From Azolla caroliniana (taxonomy: Eukaryota; Plantae; Polypodiophyta), in contig JBHGNT010000008.1 in NCBI GenBank assembly GCA_043228905.1, positions 6,944,001 to 7,008,000 on the forward strand: DNA of 64,000 nt, in the 5' to 3' direction. The position numbers and the translations under genes are program-made. Positions 14,038 to 27,775 of the stretch are shown here, in pieces (within the stretch, counting starts at the first letter, position 1; each line of letters begins with the position of its first letter). The notes under the pieces are model-generated. The model was not told where the DNA came from and did not search any database. It worked only from the letters and a program-made list of their open reading frames with translations.

Positions 14038-15334
14038 ATGTTTAGCTATAAAGATACTCATTGTACTAAGGTATTCTACATCTCATGAGAGCAAGCTTCC
14101 ATATCTTGTATTCAACTCTAGCTGAATGGTTTGCAAAATTGGCAATTGTGTTGCTTCCTTCTTTGGTTGTGGGCTTGGCTTGCGTGGAACTTCAATAGGT
14201 CTATCCATTTCTTTTGTTTCACCATTATCCTTTTGAGTGGTGTTTTATGGGTTTTATGATTACTTGTGAGTTTACAAGTGGATTAGTCTTACGGGGCTAA
14301 GGTTGAATCATCCTTATTAAGTATTGTGGGAGCATATGGACCGCCATAATTTGAGGGTAAATTGGCATTCGTGTCTATAGGTGAGTCTTCCTTGATGTAT
14401 TAAGGTAAATCAATTTTCATGTCTAAGGCAAGTCAGACCAAGTCTTTTCTAGCCTACAACCTTAGAGGTGAATCATCTTTTTTATGGTGTTTCGGAAATT
14501 TAGCTTATTTTCTAAGGAATGATATGTCCTCATGTGGTCGAGGCAATTAACTCTATGCGTTATGAGACAAAGCAGCCTTATGAATATGAGGGCAAGTTGG
14601 ACCTACATGCTTGGGGTGAATTGGCCTTAGTTGCCAAATGCAAATCCTCTCTTGTGCAATAAAAGCACCTAATGCAAAAGGTACCAATTTGCATCTCTTT
14701 TTTGGGAAACAAAGCTATTCCTTAAATTCTTGACAAGTTATTGACATCCTTGTCAAGGTGGTTGGGCTACCAACCAAGTGAATGCACAAAACAAAAAATG
14801 TTGTTAGGGAGTCACTAGTAATGACTTAACAATTTAAAAAGCAATTAAAAACATTGATACGTTAATAGAAGACCATTTTGACACTTTGGAACTCTAACTG
14901 CACTATCAAAATGTCTCTTCCAATTAACACAATTGCTTGCCATTTGAATTTACGAAAACCTCTACCAGAAGCCTTGAATGCCAATCTACTATCCCTTACA
15001 CATGTGCCAAAAGATGTGTAGTGGTCGTAAGCATAATTTTTCCTTGGCAACATTCTTTCTCCACATCGAGATTGTTAAATGCTGCCAAACCGATTTCTAA
15101 TCTAATTTTGGCAACATGGGTTGGTGCAGAGCCAAACCATCCCTAAGCCTCCTATCGCTTAATGCAAACCACCCAAAACAAACTTTACTCAACCATCCTC
15201 ACTCTTATAATTAGTTAAGACACATATACTTCACTTAAACGATGTAATCCGCATTTTATCATGTTAACTACTTGGGGAATGCAAAGACGTAAAGAAACAC
15301 AGTTAAATAACCATTCAGATTCGAGAGGTAAGGA

Positions 15335-15900
15335 TAAGGATAAATAGATAAGTAGATTTTATCACCATTCGTGGATATTAAATATGGCCTATGGAACCAA
15401 AAGTGAATCCTTCTTACCCAGTATGTGTAGATGTGAGTAGTGACTCTAGACATTTGCATAGGCCACTCTAGATGTGAGCCGTAGTTTCGTGGTTTGGTTA
15501 AGTTCAAACCGAACCGCTGGCGAATGTTAATGTTTAACTATAAAGATACTCATTGTACTAAGGTATTCTACATCTAGAGTGGCCTATGTAAATGTTGCAA
15601 TGGAGAGTGCACGTTGTGATTGCTAGAGGAATGTGTGTAGGGAGTGGACCGATTGACGATGCATGGAAAGCAAACTTAAATGTGGTGAAATGTTGCTGAT
15701 TGTATCAAAGTGTGATACTCTTAACTCCCACAATTGTTGAGGGAAGACTTGTCTCACATTGAAGAGAATGTGAGCTAAGTTATTGTGGAGCAATGTTGTG
15801 GATGGAGGAAAAATAGGATGGGTTCTAGCATGTATTGATTAGTAAGATTTCCTTGTTCGCAGAAGAAAATGAAGTTGTACTTTGGTCAATGTGTTTGTCA
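15335..15900 (-). mobile_element. Old 3' fragment of RTE-like LINE family, interrupted by a templated insertion
   Basis: Similar to 38185-38710 (GTGAGTAG.GACTCT, AATGTT.CAATGGAGAGTGCAC, AAAGTGTGATACTC). Confidence 0.65.
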
Positions 15901-17072
15901 CACACATTTGCAAGGTTTTATGGAAACTTTAGTTTTTGGAAAACGTTAAGGAATATTTCACATGAAGAGCGACATTTATGTATTATGACATGTCATCATG
16001 TTTGTCATATGAATGGTTCTATAGGTTGGGAATGATTTATTAGTATTTGGATCTCTAACAAACCCAAAATTCAATAGTAGGCATGGTGTTGTTTATCCTT
16101 TCATAATGAGAGTTATTATTTGTGTGTGAGAGAAAGAGGCTCTAGACAAACCCAAAAATCGTCGTTAGTCATGGTGGTGTTTTTCCTTTCGTAATGGAAG
16201 CTTCATCTTTCTTTTTGTTTTTCTTTTCCTTCCTTTCATGCGAATGGAGGGGGATATAAATACTAATGTACTAAAATTCTGTCCTTAACTAGAGCATTAA
16301 GAGAAACTTGATTTATCTTGGATGTCATTGGGAAAATATTGAAGCAAAATAAGGTTTGTTGTCCTTTAGGCTACCCTACTGGTGTTGATGTCTCATGCTT
16401 TCAAAGTTTGACTAGGATATTGAATACAATCTTGGATAAGATTGTTTATACTTGATCATTTAGTTTATTCACTAAGATATACATTATGGAGAATCGGCAC
16501 GAGTTGGGTTTCATATAGTCATACTTGTATCCCAACCGCTTAGGCGAAGCATCCATACTAAATTTGGAGGATCATATGGTTGCTTGAAAATATGGACTCT
16601 TAAAAGGTGTGTCTCAAGGAACTCAACCTTGGGCAAAGATCATTTGTTATTTAGTTGAGAATGTGGTTTAATGCACTCTTGACAACGGAGCTTAGAATTG
16701 GTCAAGTGACACTCACTAGAGTGCGCACAAGATACTAATTCGCAACCAACTAAAATATTCACATCCTCATGTCTACTACATTGGGATGGAAAGGGGGGGG
16801 AAATCAATTCAATCACATGGAAGATTTAGTTTGGTAACTATGCAAGATGTTGTTTTGGAGTCATGCATGAATATCATGGCCTTTAGGACATGCCGACTAA
16901 GTTTCATACAGCCACATGATATGACGACATATATGTGATGATCAATAATGCAATGCCTAGGCTTGTGAACCCTATTCCAGAATTGGTGGTATAGGAACCA
17001 TGGAAACGGTAGTTAACTAAAGATATAGCGTAGCTACTAGTAAAGGATTCACACCCATGGCATATTACTCGT

Positions 17073-17495
17073 TAACAATCGGCAATGGTTTTGTTCGGTT
17101 TGAGAGGTTCAAACCGAACCGTTTAATTTTTTGAAACCTGAACCAAACCAAACCACAAAACCGTTAAACATTTTTGCGGTTTCGTGGTTCGGTTTTGGTT
17201 TTCAACATAGGTCAAATTTTTAATTTTTTTAATATTTCATTTTTAATAATTTTTAAAATTGTGAAGATGTTCCTAAAATGTGAGAATAAGGTCTAAAAAT
17301 GAAAAGATTGTTTAAAAACAATTTTTAAATATTTTAGAATTTTTTTAAAATTTTTACAAATTTTTAAAAGTAAAAATAAAAAACCGTTAAAACCGCGGTT
17401 TTTTACTGTTGAAACCGAACCCGAACCATTGAAACCGTTAAGTCGTTAAACGCGGTTTCACAGTTCGGTTCGGTTCAAACCGTTGCCGATTGTTA
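17073..17495 (+). mobile_element. hAT-type MITE (family A)
   Basis: TIR TAACAATCGGCAA...TTGCCGATTGTTA; 8-bp TSD TTACTCGT/TTACTCAT. Confidence 0.92.
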
Positions 17496-18364
17496 TTACT
17501 CATTGCATATGTATCAATGGTTTTAAAAGTAAAGTCATAATAAGTATTGTTGGTAAACATTATTAAAAATTCTAACTATTTGATTTTGGTTTATCTAGTT
17601 CTAAAATGGGTGCAAGGATGATCTTGCCTCTTGCATCGTCACAATACATATATAATGGTGGTGCCAGGTTTTGGATGTAGAATGATATTCTCATCTTCTA
17701 TTTTGTGTGAAACTAATTCTTTGGCAAACAATGGTGGTTGGATTGACTTTAGCAATAGTTTAAAACACTAACATTTTGAAAAGGGCATATTTCTTTGTAC
17801 GGTGATCAAGGAAGATGCAAAGTACAGATTCCTTGCAAGCCAAATTGCTAAGGCAAGTTGTGTTGTTATGTCTTGGCTTTGGGCATTGTTATAGAGGGGT
17901 CTAAAGCTTTTACCCTCACCATGATATAAGTTTTTGTTTTACTGCCTTCAATATTGAAGTAAATGGTACCACTGGACTTTGAGAAAAGGGTTCTTGTTTG
18001 ATGTTCTTCATGAAGTACAACATGTCTATAGGTCCAAAGGAAATTTGATTAACCAGTTTTTGCAACTAAGCTCTACACACACCTTGTCCCAAGAGGACTT
18101 GCCTTCATCACTTAGATTGCAACACCTTATCAGAGGGTTTACCTTGCCATAAGATCCTTAATACTGTAGTAAAGATCTTGTGTGTTCTTTGTATGTCGTG
18201 TCGTTTTGATATAAACATGCATTCATGGGAAAATAACAAATTGAGAGACTCTAGAAAAAAGTGAGGAGATTAAATGAAGTGAAAAGGGCCTTCAAAGTTT
18301 GCTTTCATAATTCTCTTACAATTTCATCGCTTTGCACTTGAGACCTTTCACTCTCAAAGATCAC

Positions 18365-20295
18365 AACAACGGTTAATTGGGCCCCCCAAACAGGATGGAT
18401 TCTAAACATGGATCTCAAACCTAGTTTCTCCTACCAATTGGAGGATAGATTTAGCGCATCCATGTTGAAGGCATGGTGTGACATTAGACGAGGGCTCAAG
18501 TGCGATCAACCGAGTTCTGAACCTACCTGACTCAGTCAACGTATCCTATGGAACTCATGTATCAAGGATGAATCTAATGAACTACTTGGATCAAGTAAGG
18601 GGTTATGGGGATACATTGCAGAGGGTCCTGGAAAAAGTATAGAATGTTGGAGACGGTTTATGTCACTGCCACTACAAGATCAAGCCAACATACTCCATGG
18701 AATTAGGGGCAGATGGACTATGAGTTCGGAAATCAATAACGCTCTACTGTTTAGGGAAGCCGCTACTCATAGGACAACAATGGAGAAATGGATAGGCTAC
18801 GAGGAGGACGGATCTTTGATCCCGAGAGGTAGGGGATCACCAGACAGGATCGAAGGCTCTGAATTGCGAGACATTGAGACACCAACACAGAATAACGCAA
18901 TTCGAGTACTTGTGTATATCGGTCATAAATGGATTGTAGATCCTGATCCGATCAAAGTACAACCCGATTGGCACATATGTACTCATGAAAACACATGGCT
19001 TGGGACCCATTGCGATGGACATGGCGTGATCCTTATGCGGAGCAAGGAAGCAAACCAATCCCTTTCTTTCAATTTAGAACTAGATTGGGTCGCCACATCC
19101 TAGCTGCTCAAATTGCTCGAGAGTCGGCTGCTGCAAAGGTCTGGCACACATATCAAGTTCCTCACACAATTATCACCAAGTTTTGGCAGAAAATCTGGAA
19201 ACAACAACACAAGAGGCGAATTATCACGTTCCAATGGTTATTAATACATAAGTCACTACCGGTGGGAGCATGGCAACATGGGAACCTTAGCTCTCCTAAC
19301 TGTCGTGACTTGAGAATAGGAGAGAGAAAAATAAGATGACAATAGAAGGTAGAGAGAGAGAGAGAGAGAGAAAGAACACTAGAAATGGAAAGAGAGTTTA
19401 TATTATAAGAGAGCAAGGATTACAAAGAGTAGGCTAAGGGGCTACAAACTGGTGTTGAACCAAATGAGTTGTGATGAATGAATAGACACCTATTTATAGG
19501 TCCTTATGGAGTATTCTAGAATGCTCTAGAATATTTATGATATTTATGATATTTAATATAATCATGGAATATCCTAGAATGTTCTAGAATACTCTAAATA
19601 TCTTGTAATAACTAATAATACATTTATTATAACTATACATCATATATGTTAGTACAATGGTTAAAGATCTAACATATAGACCAAGATGTCTTGGGCTCGA
19701 ATCCTTGTAAGGCCAAAATGTATGTCGTCATGACACTAACTGTGTAGAGTGTCCAAATGCAGTGGAATCAATACGACACGCCCATCGAATATGGCGAGGG
19801 GTTGGTCGCTTGTTGTAATTATGCCAAGTCCAAGGCTCAATCAAGTGGGGAAATATATGTTGGCTATCATGGCAGATACGAGAATCAAGAGGAGGGGATG
19901 ACTTTGACAATGTCCACTCAACTCCTCTTAATGACAAATCTCAAGTTGGGTTGGAATTGGTCAGCCCAATAACTCTTTGGATCCTATGGAAACAATGGTG
20001 TAGACAGGCCTTCTCCAACCAAACCGGGCATCCAACAATGTTACTGCAAGAGATATGGAATGAAATTGTAGCCACTCTAAAGAGCCAATATGATGGCCTC
20101 AAGGGCAGCTCCGATGGAGTTGAAAGACAACGAATAGCCTTCATCCAACAATGATCGTCCTCTCCCTTTCTTGAGTCAGTGGGCAGCCACATAAGATGGA
20201 ACTGTCGCGTCCCTACAGGGATTCGTACATAATAATCTCATTTGTAAAATTTTATAACTAATGGAAGGAGTTGTTTTTTGGGGGAAAAAAAAAAC
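18365..20295 (+). mobile_element. 5'-truncated L1-type LINE 3' part (zf-RVT region), split by a solo LTR
   Basis: KFWQKIWK...ITFQWLLIHKSLPVG; with the LTR removed the frame reads SSPN-CVECPNAVESIRH (CxxC...ESxxH). Also ITLWILWKQWCRQAF and an A-run near 20285. Confidence 0.8.
19301..19735 (-). mobile_element. Solo LTR (435 bp) inserted in the L1
   Basis: Termini TGTCGTGAC...GTCATGACA; perfect 5-bp TSD CTAAC; CCTATAAATAGG followed by (CT)n on the minus strand. Confidence 0.92.
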
Positions 20296-21647
20296 ATCCT
20301 GATTCTTTAGTGCTACCAACGCCAATGCTAGAGTATACAACCAATGCTTAACAACTTTTATTCATCTTAGTATTCAACCAATGCTAGAGTATACAACGAT
20401 CTCATATCCAGAGTTCTATTGTAATTTATTAAAGAGTTTTCACGTACTAATTTGAGTTCTATTGTAATTTATTAAAGAGTTTTGACATACTAATTTGTAA
20501 CCTTCATAAATCTATAATTGATTATGAAATATAATAAATTAGTGTGGTAAGATTGTCAAAAAAAAACTTGGTCACTTTCGCAAACATTTTGGCAATCGAT
20601 AATGTATGCGCACTTTGCATTGAGGCTACCATTGATACAAGTGATTTTCTAATCGACACAATTCTTTCCAAGTAGGATGGATAGATTGTGTTCGAAACTA
20701 TAAACTTAGAGAATGTTCAAAGGTATCATTGGCTTCTGAGCATGAGCTTGTTAAAGTTCAATCTTTGAAAAACACTAATGCCATTTTTTATTATTGAATT
20801 TCTCATGAGCTAGAAACAATTATGGCATATCAGCATAAATGACATGAGGTTGTGTTATATATCAAGCATAAGTCTACTTGCAAGAGAATCCATCCTCAAG
20901 AGGATAATCCTTGGGAACTATCATCTTATCAAATCATTACCTAAGTCTGCTTTTTAAGACGAAATCTTTTCTTAAAGGAGGGGTGAATGTAGCCACATAT
21001 GTTTATTGCAAGTGACAAGTTTATAGAACTAAAGTTTAGTGGCAAGCATTGTGGTACAATCACTACTTAACCAAAAGCCTAACATCATTGGTGGGCCAAG
21101 AAAAGCTTGAGCTACTCTATTTATAGCATTGAAAGATAACATGAACAATGCCAGATTTTATTGGTGGGAAAAACATTGAAGCAACATGCACATGCTAGAA
21201 TTTCACATATTGGGCTCCAATGTATTAAGTAATCTCCACATCTACTATGTCTTCACCATTTTCAGTTTTAGTTTTCGATTGGAAAATGGACGTGTATTCT
21301 ATTTTACTTGTCATAAGTTTCCAATGTGCATGTTTGAATATTACAACATGACTATTGTTTTAGGGGGTTTACAATTAATCGCTTACAAGTTGGCATCCAT
21401 TAATATATGTACAAAGACGACACAAAGACTTTGTCTCAATGAAATGAGGGAGAAAAGAGAGTTTATTCATTTTAACATTTTGCAATAGATCAAACATAAC
21501 AAGGAACAAATATTAGAGAGTGCAACGATTTGGTATTCTATCCGGATGTTGCTACTACGTAGCACTTATGTCAACTTTTTGTTTATTGAATCATCCATTT
21601 GCTTGACTGGTTGAGTTTGGAGCTAAATTCTAGGTTATCCTCGCTCA

Positions 21648-22041
21648 GGCAGTTAACTCCACATCCCATGCCTAATATTTTGATAAATGGTAGCTTAATA
21701 TAGGGAGAATGTTAGAAAAACCAGTCATATAATAGGCAATATGAAAGCACCTCTAGTATTGGATTGGCCAAACCTTGTATCCTAAACCCAGATGGAACTA
21801 GAATTGGTATAAACTCTAAACCCTAAACCTAGATGGAACTAGTCGGGCAGTTAACTCCACAACCCATGCCTAATATTTTGATAAATGGTAGCTTGATATA
21901 GGGAGAATGTCAGAAAGACCGGTCATATAATAGGCAATATGAAAGCACCTCTAGAATTGGATTGGGTAAACCTTGTATCCTAAACCTAGATGGAACTAAA
22001 ATTGGTATAAACCCTAAACCCTAAACCTAGATGGAACTAGT
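21648..22041. repeat. Tandem duplication, 2 x 198 bp, with short telomere-like AAACCCTAAAC motifs
   Basis: Units start GGCAGTTAACTCCAC at 21648 and 21846 and are highly similar by eye. Confidence 0.9.
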
Positions 22042-22058
22042 ATTGGCATAGGCATAAT

Positions 22059-22286
22059 AGTTTCAATCATTCGCATAAGAAAAACAACCTCAAAGAATGA
22101 TAAATACTTTTGGATTAACTATTTATTATGAGGTAAATAAGCCTAGAAAATGGAAAAAAACAAAAACATTAAAAAATGGGGAAAAACAAAAAAGAAACAC
22201 AAGAATGTTTAAATAACATTCGCATTCGTTTTCTAACATAGGAAAATGAATGTTATGCTAGACGAACACGAATTTTACATACTATG
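22059..22286. mobile_element. hAT-type MITE (family B), inverted copy with damaged left end
   Basis: Reverse complement of 12097-12340; ends CATACTATG; GGCATAAT on both sides (22051-22058 and 22287-22294). Confidence 0.85.
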
Positions 22287-22948
22287 GGCATAATAAACCT
22301 TTACCTTCAAAACATAATTGGAGGGCTTTGGGTTATGACTAAAAATTGTAGTGGTCTTAATATTATTCTAACCCCAACCATCCAACTAATAATAGTAGCA
22401 AGAAGTAGTTTTTGGAAGAAAAAAAATAGTAGCAAGAAAGAAGTAGAAGAGATCAATCATATCAATCCAATCCAATCCATCATCATCATTATCATCATAT
22501 ATCCCCCAATCTCAATTGGCTCAATGAGAGTAAAACTATTATTATTTACTAATGCTATTAATGAATGATTGAGGAAGGAATTGAATTCCTCACTCACTCT
22601 AAGCACCTCCTCCTCCCCCTCTTCTTCTTCTCCCTTTTTCTTTTTTCTACATTAAAAACTTTCAAAGAATTTTGGGCAGCCACACACATGACAACAATAT
22701 TAATAAATCAGAGCAATTAAAGTTGTTGTTGTGTATTGATGAATTAATGGCACCACCCTCTCCCCCATTCAATGCATTCAGATTAAAACATTCTACTCAT
22801 TGTAGGCTACTACTACTACTACTACTAAATTACTCTTCACAATCCCTTGGGACTAATCCTTTGGCTTCCCCACACATTGTGTCGACAAATCGATGACTCC
22901 CGAGTTTCAAAGTCTTTTCAAAGTTGTGGATGGGCTCTTGGTAGAAGT

Positions 22949-23090
22949 TGTCAGGATGGGTTTAGGGTTACACGAATCCTACTGATGTATATAAGGACAC
23001 CTACCAAACATATAAGACACCTTGTGTAGGTTTCCAAGTTCCAACCCCTTGTAAACGTTAGTGACATTCTAACACAACCCCTCCTTCGAT
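22949..23090 (-). mobile_element. Possible very short LTR (126 bp) with adjacent polypurine tract
   Basis: Minus strand reads GAAGGAGGGGGTTG then TGTTAGAATG...CATCCTGACA (imperfect terminal inverted repeat). Confidence 0.4.
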
Positions 23091-24417
23091 AAAACTAGTT
23101 GCGAGAAACTTTCATGAAAAACGAGACTTCGCTTTTGTTGACAGACATAATCAAACTACGGCATCGGATAGATAAGAGTGTCACGATCGAAAGCATTCAA
23201 TATATGTATATATATGAAGTGTATGTCGGTCGGTCGGTCAATCATTGGTGGGGTCATCCAAGAGTTTGGTCCTAGGATACACATACATACATAACTTTGG
23301 AGTGCCCATCTAGGGCTCCCAAATTGTCTCATAGATAGGGATGGATGGTTGTATTCTGCTTTGTTTTTTTTACAGTCCATCTATATAACTGAATTAAAAC
23401 ATTTTTTAACATATTTCTTACCAATCCTCACTCAATCCATCCATCCATCCAAGAATTTCAACATATTTCTTACCAATTCTCACTCAATCCATCCATCCAA
23501 GAATGTACATAATAATCAAACTCCATGGGAAGGAAATCCTTCAATTATGAGAGATTTGGATCTTCCTCGCATTCCACCAATTTATTAATAAATACATCTC
23601 ATTCATGTGGGATGGAAATCAATCCCATCCATCATTGGTCACTTCACTTCATCGAAGACATAAGAACGCTCTGCACTGAAGATAAACCATTCCTCGTTTC
23701 AATAGCCAAAAATAAATAATTTGAGTGTGTAGGCATTATCTCCAATTCTCCAATTCTTTTAGTCCAATGGGATTGTAGATAATTCTACCAGAAGGGAGAG
23801 AGAAACATTTAAAACAATATCTGGGTTTCCGTTTTCTCAATTAGGCATTGATTACGGCTCAAAGCCAGCGATTAATTAAAAAAACTAATTAGATCTCTGA
23901 TTCAATCCTTCCAAGAAAGTCATCTGTTCCTACAATCAATCAGCATGTCATGACCAGAATATCAAAATCCAATAGCCCAAGAGCACATTTTATTCAGCAA
24001 GCAAAACTCATAATCCTACCGAATCGGCTACACAATTCATTACGTTTTCATGAATAATGATGACGATAATTACAGGTTTAATTAAGCAGAAACAAACAAT
24101 GTCTTGTATACACAGTACTCTTTTCTTTTTCCCAGTACAATATGTTGATATATAAGAGATATATCATTTACAATAACACTACTATAACTCGCAAAAATTT
24201 AAATCACCACTCTGCAAAGTGATCCATAGGTTCTGTAGATCAGTACATAATTAGGATTGACGACTTGTTGGATTGAAGTATAACTAGATAGCTGCCATAA
24301 TGCCTCTGGAAGATGGACTTTCACTTAATCAGGATTTAATTATGGAGGGAATAGCCATGATTAAGGGCCAAGGCTGTAGATCAAGGCCTTTAATAGTGTA
24401 ATTAGAGAAAAAATAAA

Positions 24418-26378
24418 TCATGAAAGGTGTGATCGCATTGGTTCTCCTTTTCGACTTCGCTTACGGAATGAATGATCAGACATGATATTGTAATCACTAT
24501 GGTCAGAAGAACCAATAATCTGAGAGAATGAAGAGGATGAGGATGAGGACGATGGCGATAAAATTCTTCTTTTAGCAATAATTGGCAACGAGACTGCACT
24601 TTTTATCAAACTGGGGCAATTACTGGACAAAGTAGGCATAAATTTGGGGGTCTCACGGCTCAATTCACCTGAACTGTTGTGAAATTTCATATGGCTGGCT
24701 CTCGAGTTCATCAAATTCGCTCTGGGTTTCGGATATGCATCTCTGGATTTGATGGCAGAACGTCGGAATTTGATTCGCCTGTCTGCAGAATTGATGACAG
24801 TATTCCTACATTTCCCAAGATTGTGCCTGGATTTGAACAAAGCATCAGCAGAACTGATCAAATAACTTCTGGACTTTATGGATTTGGCAGGGTTAAGCAG
24901 AGATTTGGCCGAGGAATGAGAATTGGACATGGAAGAATTGGAGCAGGAGTTGGAAGGAGAGAGGGAATCGCGCGGAAAGAAGATAACAGAGTGAGGGGAG
25001 AGCTGATCGGAGGTAGGCGAGCGATTAAAATCATCAAAAGAAGGATTAGGAGAGGGGTTCACGGCCGGATGGCTAATTGGGATGTGATCTAAAGAGGATT
25101 CGTAGTTAAAACAGCCATTAAAAGGGTGATTAGCGTTAATCTCGGGCATTAAGATCTTCTGAAGATTCTTCTCCCCTCCTCCCTTCGTGTAGGAATCAAC
25201 TTTGCAGGCTAGGCAGCAGAACCGGAACCTTTCTTGCAGATTCCGATCGCACGTTCTACAGCCGTTGATTCCACCGGCCCCCGGCTTTGACGGCCGAGAT
25301 TGAGGCCGCGGATTAAGGAAAACAACCTTGGCGCTGTTGATTATATAAGGCTGTTTTCAAAAGAAACCACCTAAATTAGCAAAAATTTGAATGCAGATGC
25401 AAACAATTTACAACTCCACTAGTCTGCGATCAAGAATGTATGCAAACTACTCATTTAAGTAAAGATAAATCCAGTTGAAGCTTAATCAAATTTACTAAAT
25501 TAGGAAATAAGGGTGAATTAAGCACATTTTTCCAGATGAGCTAATGTCAATTCTGCTGTTAATTATCTAGACGTCAAGATTTATCACCATCATATCTCGC
25601 AATTAACTCGCTCTAGGTTACCGATGTAATTAGCAGTACTGACGCCTAGCAGGCGGTACAATTAACAGAATTAGAAGCCTAACTCAGACCATGAAATCCA
25701 ATGGTCCTAAGATAATGTATGTGTTTGTTTCCTAGGTTTCGCGCTTGAATGTCTTTCGACAACTCAAATTCACAATGAAACTGCGTTAACTATTCCACCA
25801 TAATAATAAAAAAGCTTCTCACCTGTACGAAAGCACAATCGATAAGCTTTTCGATATCTTGCAATCTGATTACATCGTGATATACATATCTTCGGATCTG
25901 CGAACATCCCAACGATGCATCAATAACCGAATTAAAATATATTCCTTATTACTGCGTTGAGGGCGTTAACACACAAATTAATATCGCCGAGTTCCCTTCA
26001 TCACTCAATTAAATCTCTTCACGAATGTCTAATTCACGACAGAAAAAGCAAATTCCTCATTATGATGCAAATGTTGTCACAACACATTCTAACAATGATC
26101 GGAATTCACAAGTACTCCGCGAATTCAATACATTCAGAACAATTCAGGATCCTAATGAAAATAAATAGCCAAAATTGGACCCAAAAAAAGACCCAAATTA
26201 CCTGAAGGAGATTACCCTCGTTGACATGGTGATGACGAGGGATGCAATGCTGACAAATCGCCACATGACAGTCCACACAGAAGACATTATTCTCATTCTT
26301 CTTTTCGTTTTTATGAATTTCACATCCACTGAAGAAATTCGTCTCTGATAGTAACCTCTCTAACCACGCGGGCCTCAT
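24418..26378 (-). CDS. PLATZ zinc-binding transcription factor (~394 aa); coding exons 26378-26202, 25897-25823, 25350-24418; start may lie in an upstream exon
   Basis: PAWLERLL..FFSGCEIH..KKNENNVFCVDC..ICQHC; IRRYVYHDVIRLQDIEKLIDC; PYIINSAKVVFLNPRPQ; CRTCDRNLQERFRFCCLACKV; C-terminal RKRSRKGEPMRS. Phase-0 GT-AG introns. Confidence 0.95.
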
Positions 26379-27679
26379 CTTGCGATTAACACTGTGATTA
26401 TGAGTTTTGGTGTTCTGCCAAAAAAGGTTACAGAGATAAGAAGTAGTCAGGCCCCAGCAAACTAGATTAACAGCAAAAACAAGCACGCGCCACTGCAATC
26501 ACAAATAGCACTGCTTGATTGATTTCTTTCGTGAACCTTTGTAATTTGATTCAAAGATAATCACAATTCTAAATTTCTTCAATCGTCCGGTACCAATATG
26601 GAAGCTACTCTATTGATCTGCATAAATCAATTGATCGTACCTAAGGCTCGAATCACCTAAACTATTAGCGGTTAGGTTATCAGTGACAAGATTAACTGTT
26701 ACAATCGGCGATGCTCAAGACTATGCCGGAAGTAAGCCAACTGACCAATAGTAGTGGATTCGATGGCTCAGTCACTGGCAATTGGACGTCAAAGAAATCT
26801 ATACTCTTGGAATTGATGCACAGAAAATAAATTCAAATGATATCATCTATAAAAGCAACTTCAAATAATTACTCCACAAGTGGTGGCATCAATTTAATAA
26901 AATGCAAATCGACGGCCAATAATTTGAATAAAAAATGTAGCAAGAATAGTCAATTGAAATATAAACGCAAATCAATTGCCTTAAGCAGCACCAGTTTAGC
27001 CTAATTACCTATAACTATGATTAACTTCTTAATCCTAATACGCAGATTTTCTCCCTGTTTTCTTACGTCGTTTCCATTAAGATAAAGACACTTAAAAGTT
27101 TCGACCATCACAAATTAGCGATGCAAAACACTGTAGTACAAGAGATCTAAAAATCTGGAGAATCCTTGAAGCACAAAAATCCTACAGCATATTAGTCCTA
27201 GCTACACTGGGATTTGCGTGAATTCTGGAGTTTAATCAAGTTCAATGAGTCAATGTTTCAGACTGACCTAATTAGCGGACCTATTCCACGCGATTAAGAG
27301 AAGGATGGGAGATACAACATAGAAAGCAAAGCAAAGAACAATTGCAGAGATCGGAACTGAGGAAAGCAGCATTACCATTTGCAGGGGTTGGAGAGCATCC
27401 GGGGGCGATTATGCAGAGTTTGGAAAATGTAAAAAGAAGGAGGAGAAATCCAAGATCAAACAGCAGAGAGGGAGAAAGGGGGATTGATCGATGAGGGAAT
27501 GGATTGGAAATCTGGAGATTAAACGAAGATATGAGAATCAGATGAATTAACGATGGGAAGGATCGGATTAACAGGCAAAAGAAAGAAAGAAGGGGAGGCA
27601 AAATCTGCAGAGAGGAGAGAAAGGAAGGAAGGAAGGAAGGGCAGGCTATGGCGGAGTGAGAGCAGGAGAAGCCGACTGA

Positions 27680-27775
27680 CTGACTATATATGTAATATAT
27701 GAAAGAGAAGGTCCTGAGAATCGATCCCAGCCGCTCATCGTGCAGATCCAACGGTCGTGAGTCGGCCCAAAAATA
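27680..27775 (-). promoter_or_regulatory. Probable PLATZ core promoter region
   Basis: TATATA near 27686 upstream of a CT-rich leader; MSA-like TCCAACGGTC (~27747) and site-II-like GGCCCA (~27764). Short motif matches only. Confidence 0.35.

Noticed and set aside
12780-17040. Additional decayed LTR-retrotransposon internal regions
   Set aside because: Composition suggests old gag/pol debris, but no motif or boundary was solid enough to call.
21780-22030. Interstitial telomere
   Set aside because: Only 2-3 consecutive CCCTAAA-like units inside a 198-bp duplication.
24679-25092. 137-aa antisense ORF
   Set aside because: Shadow of the PLATZ last exon with no recognisable domain.
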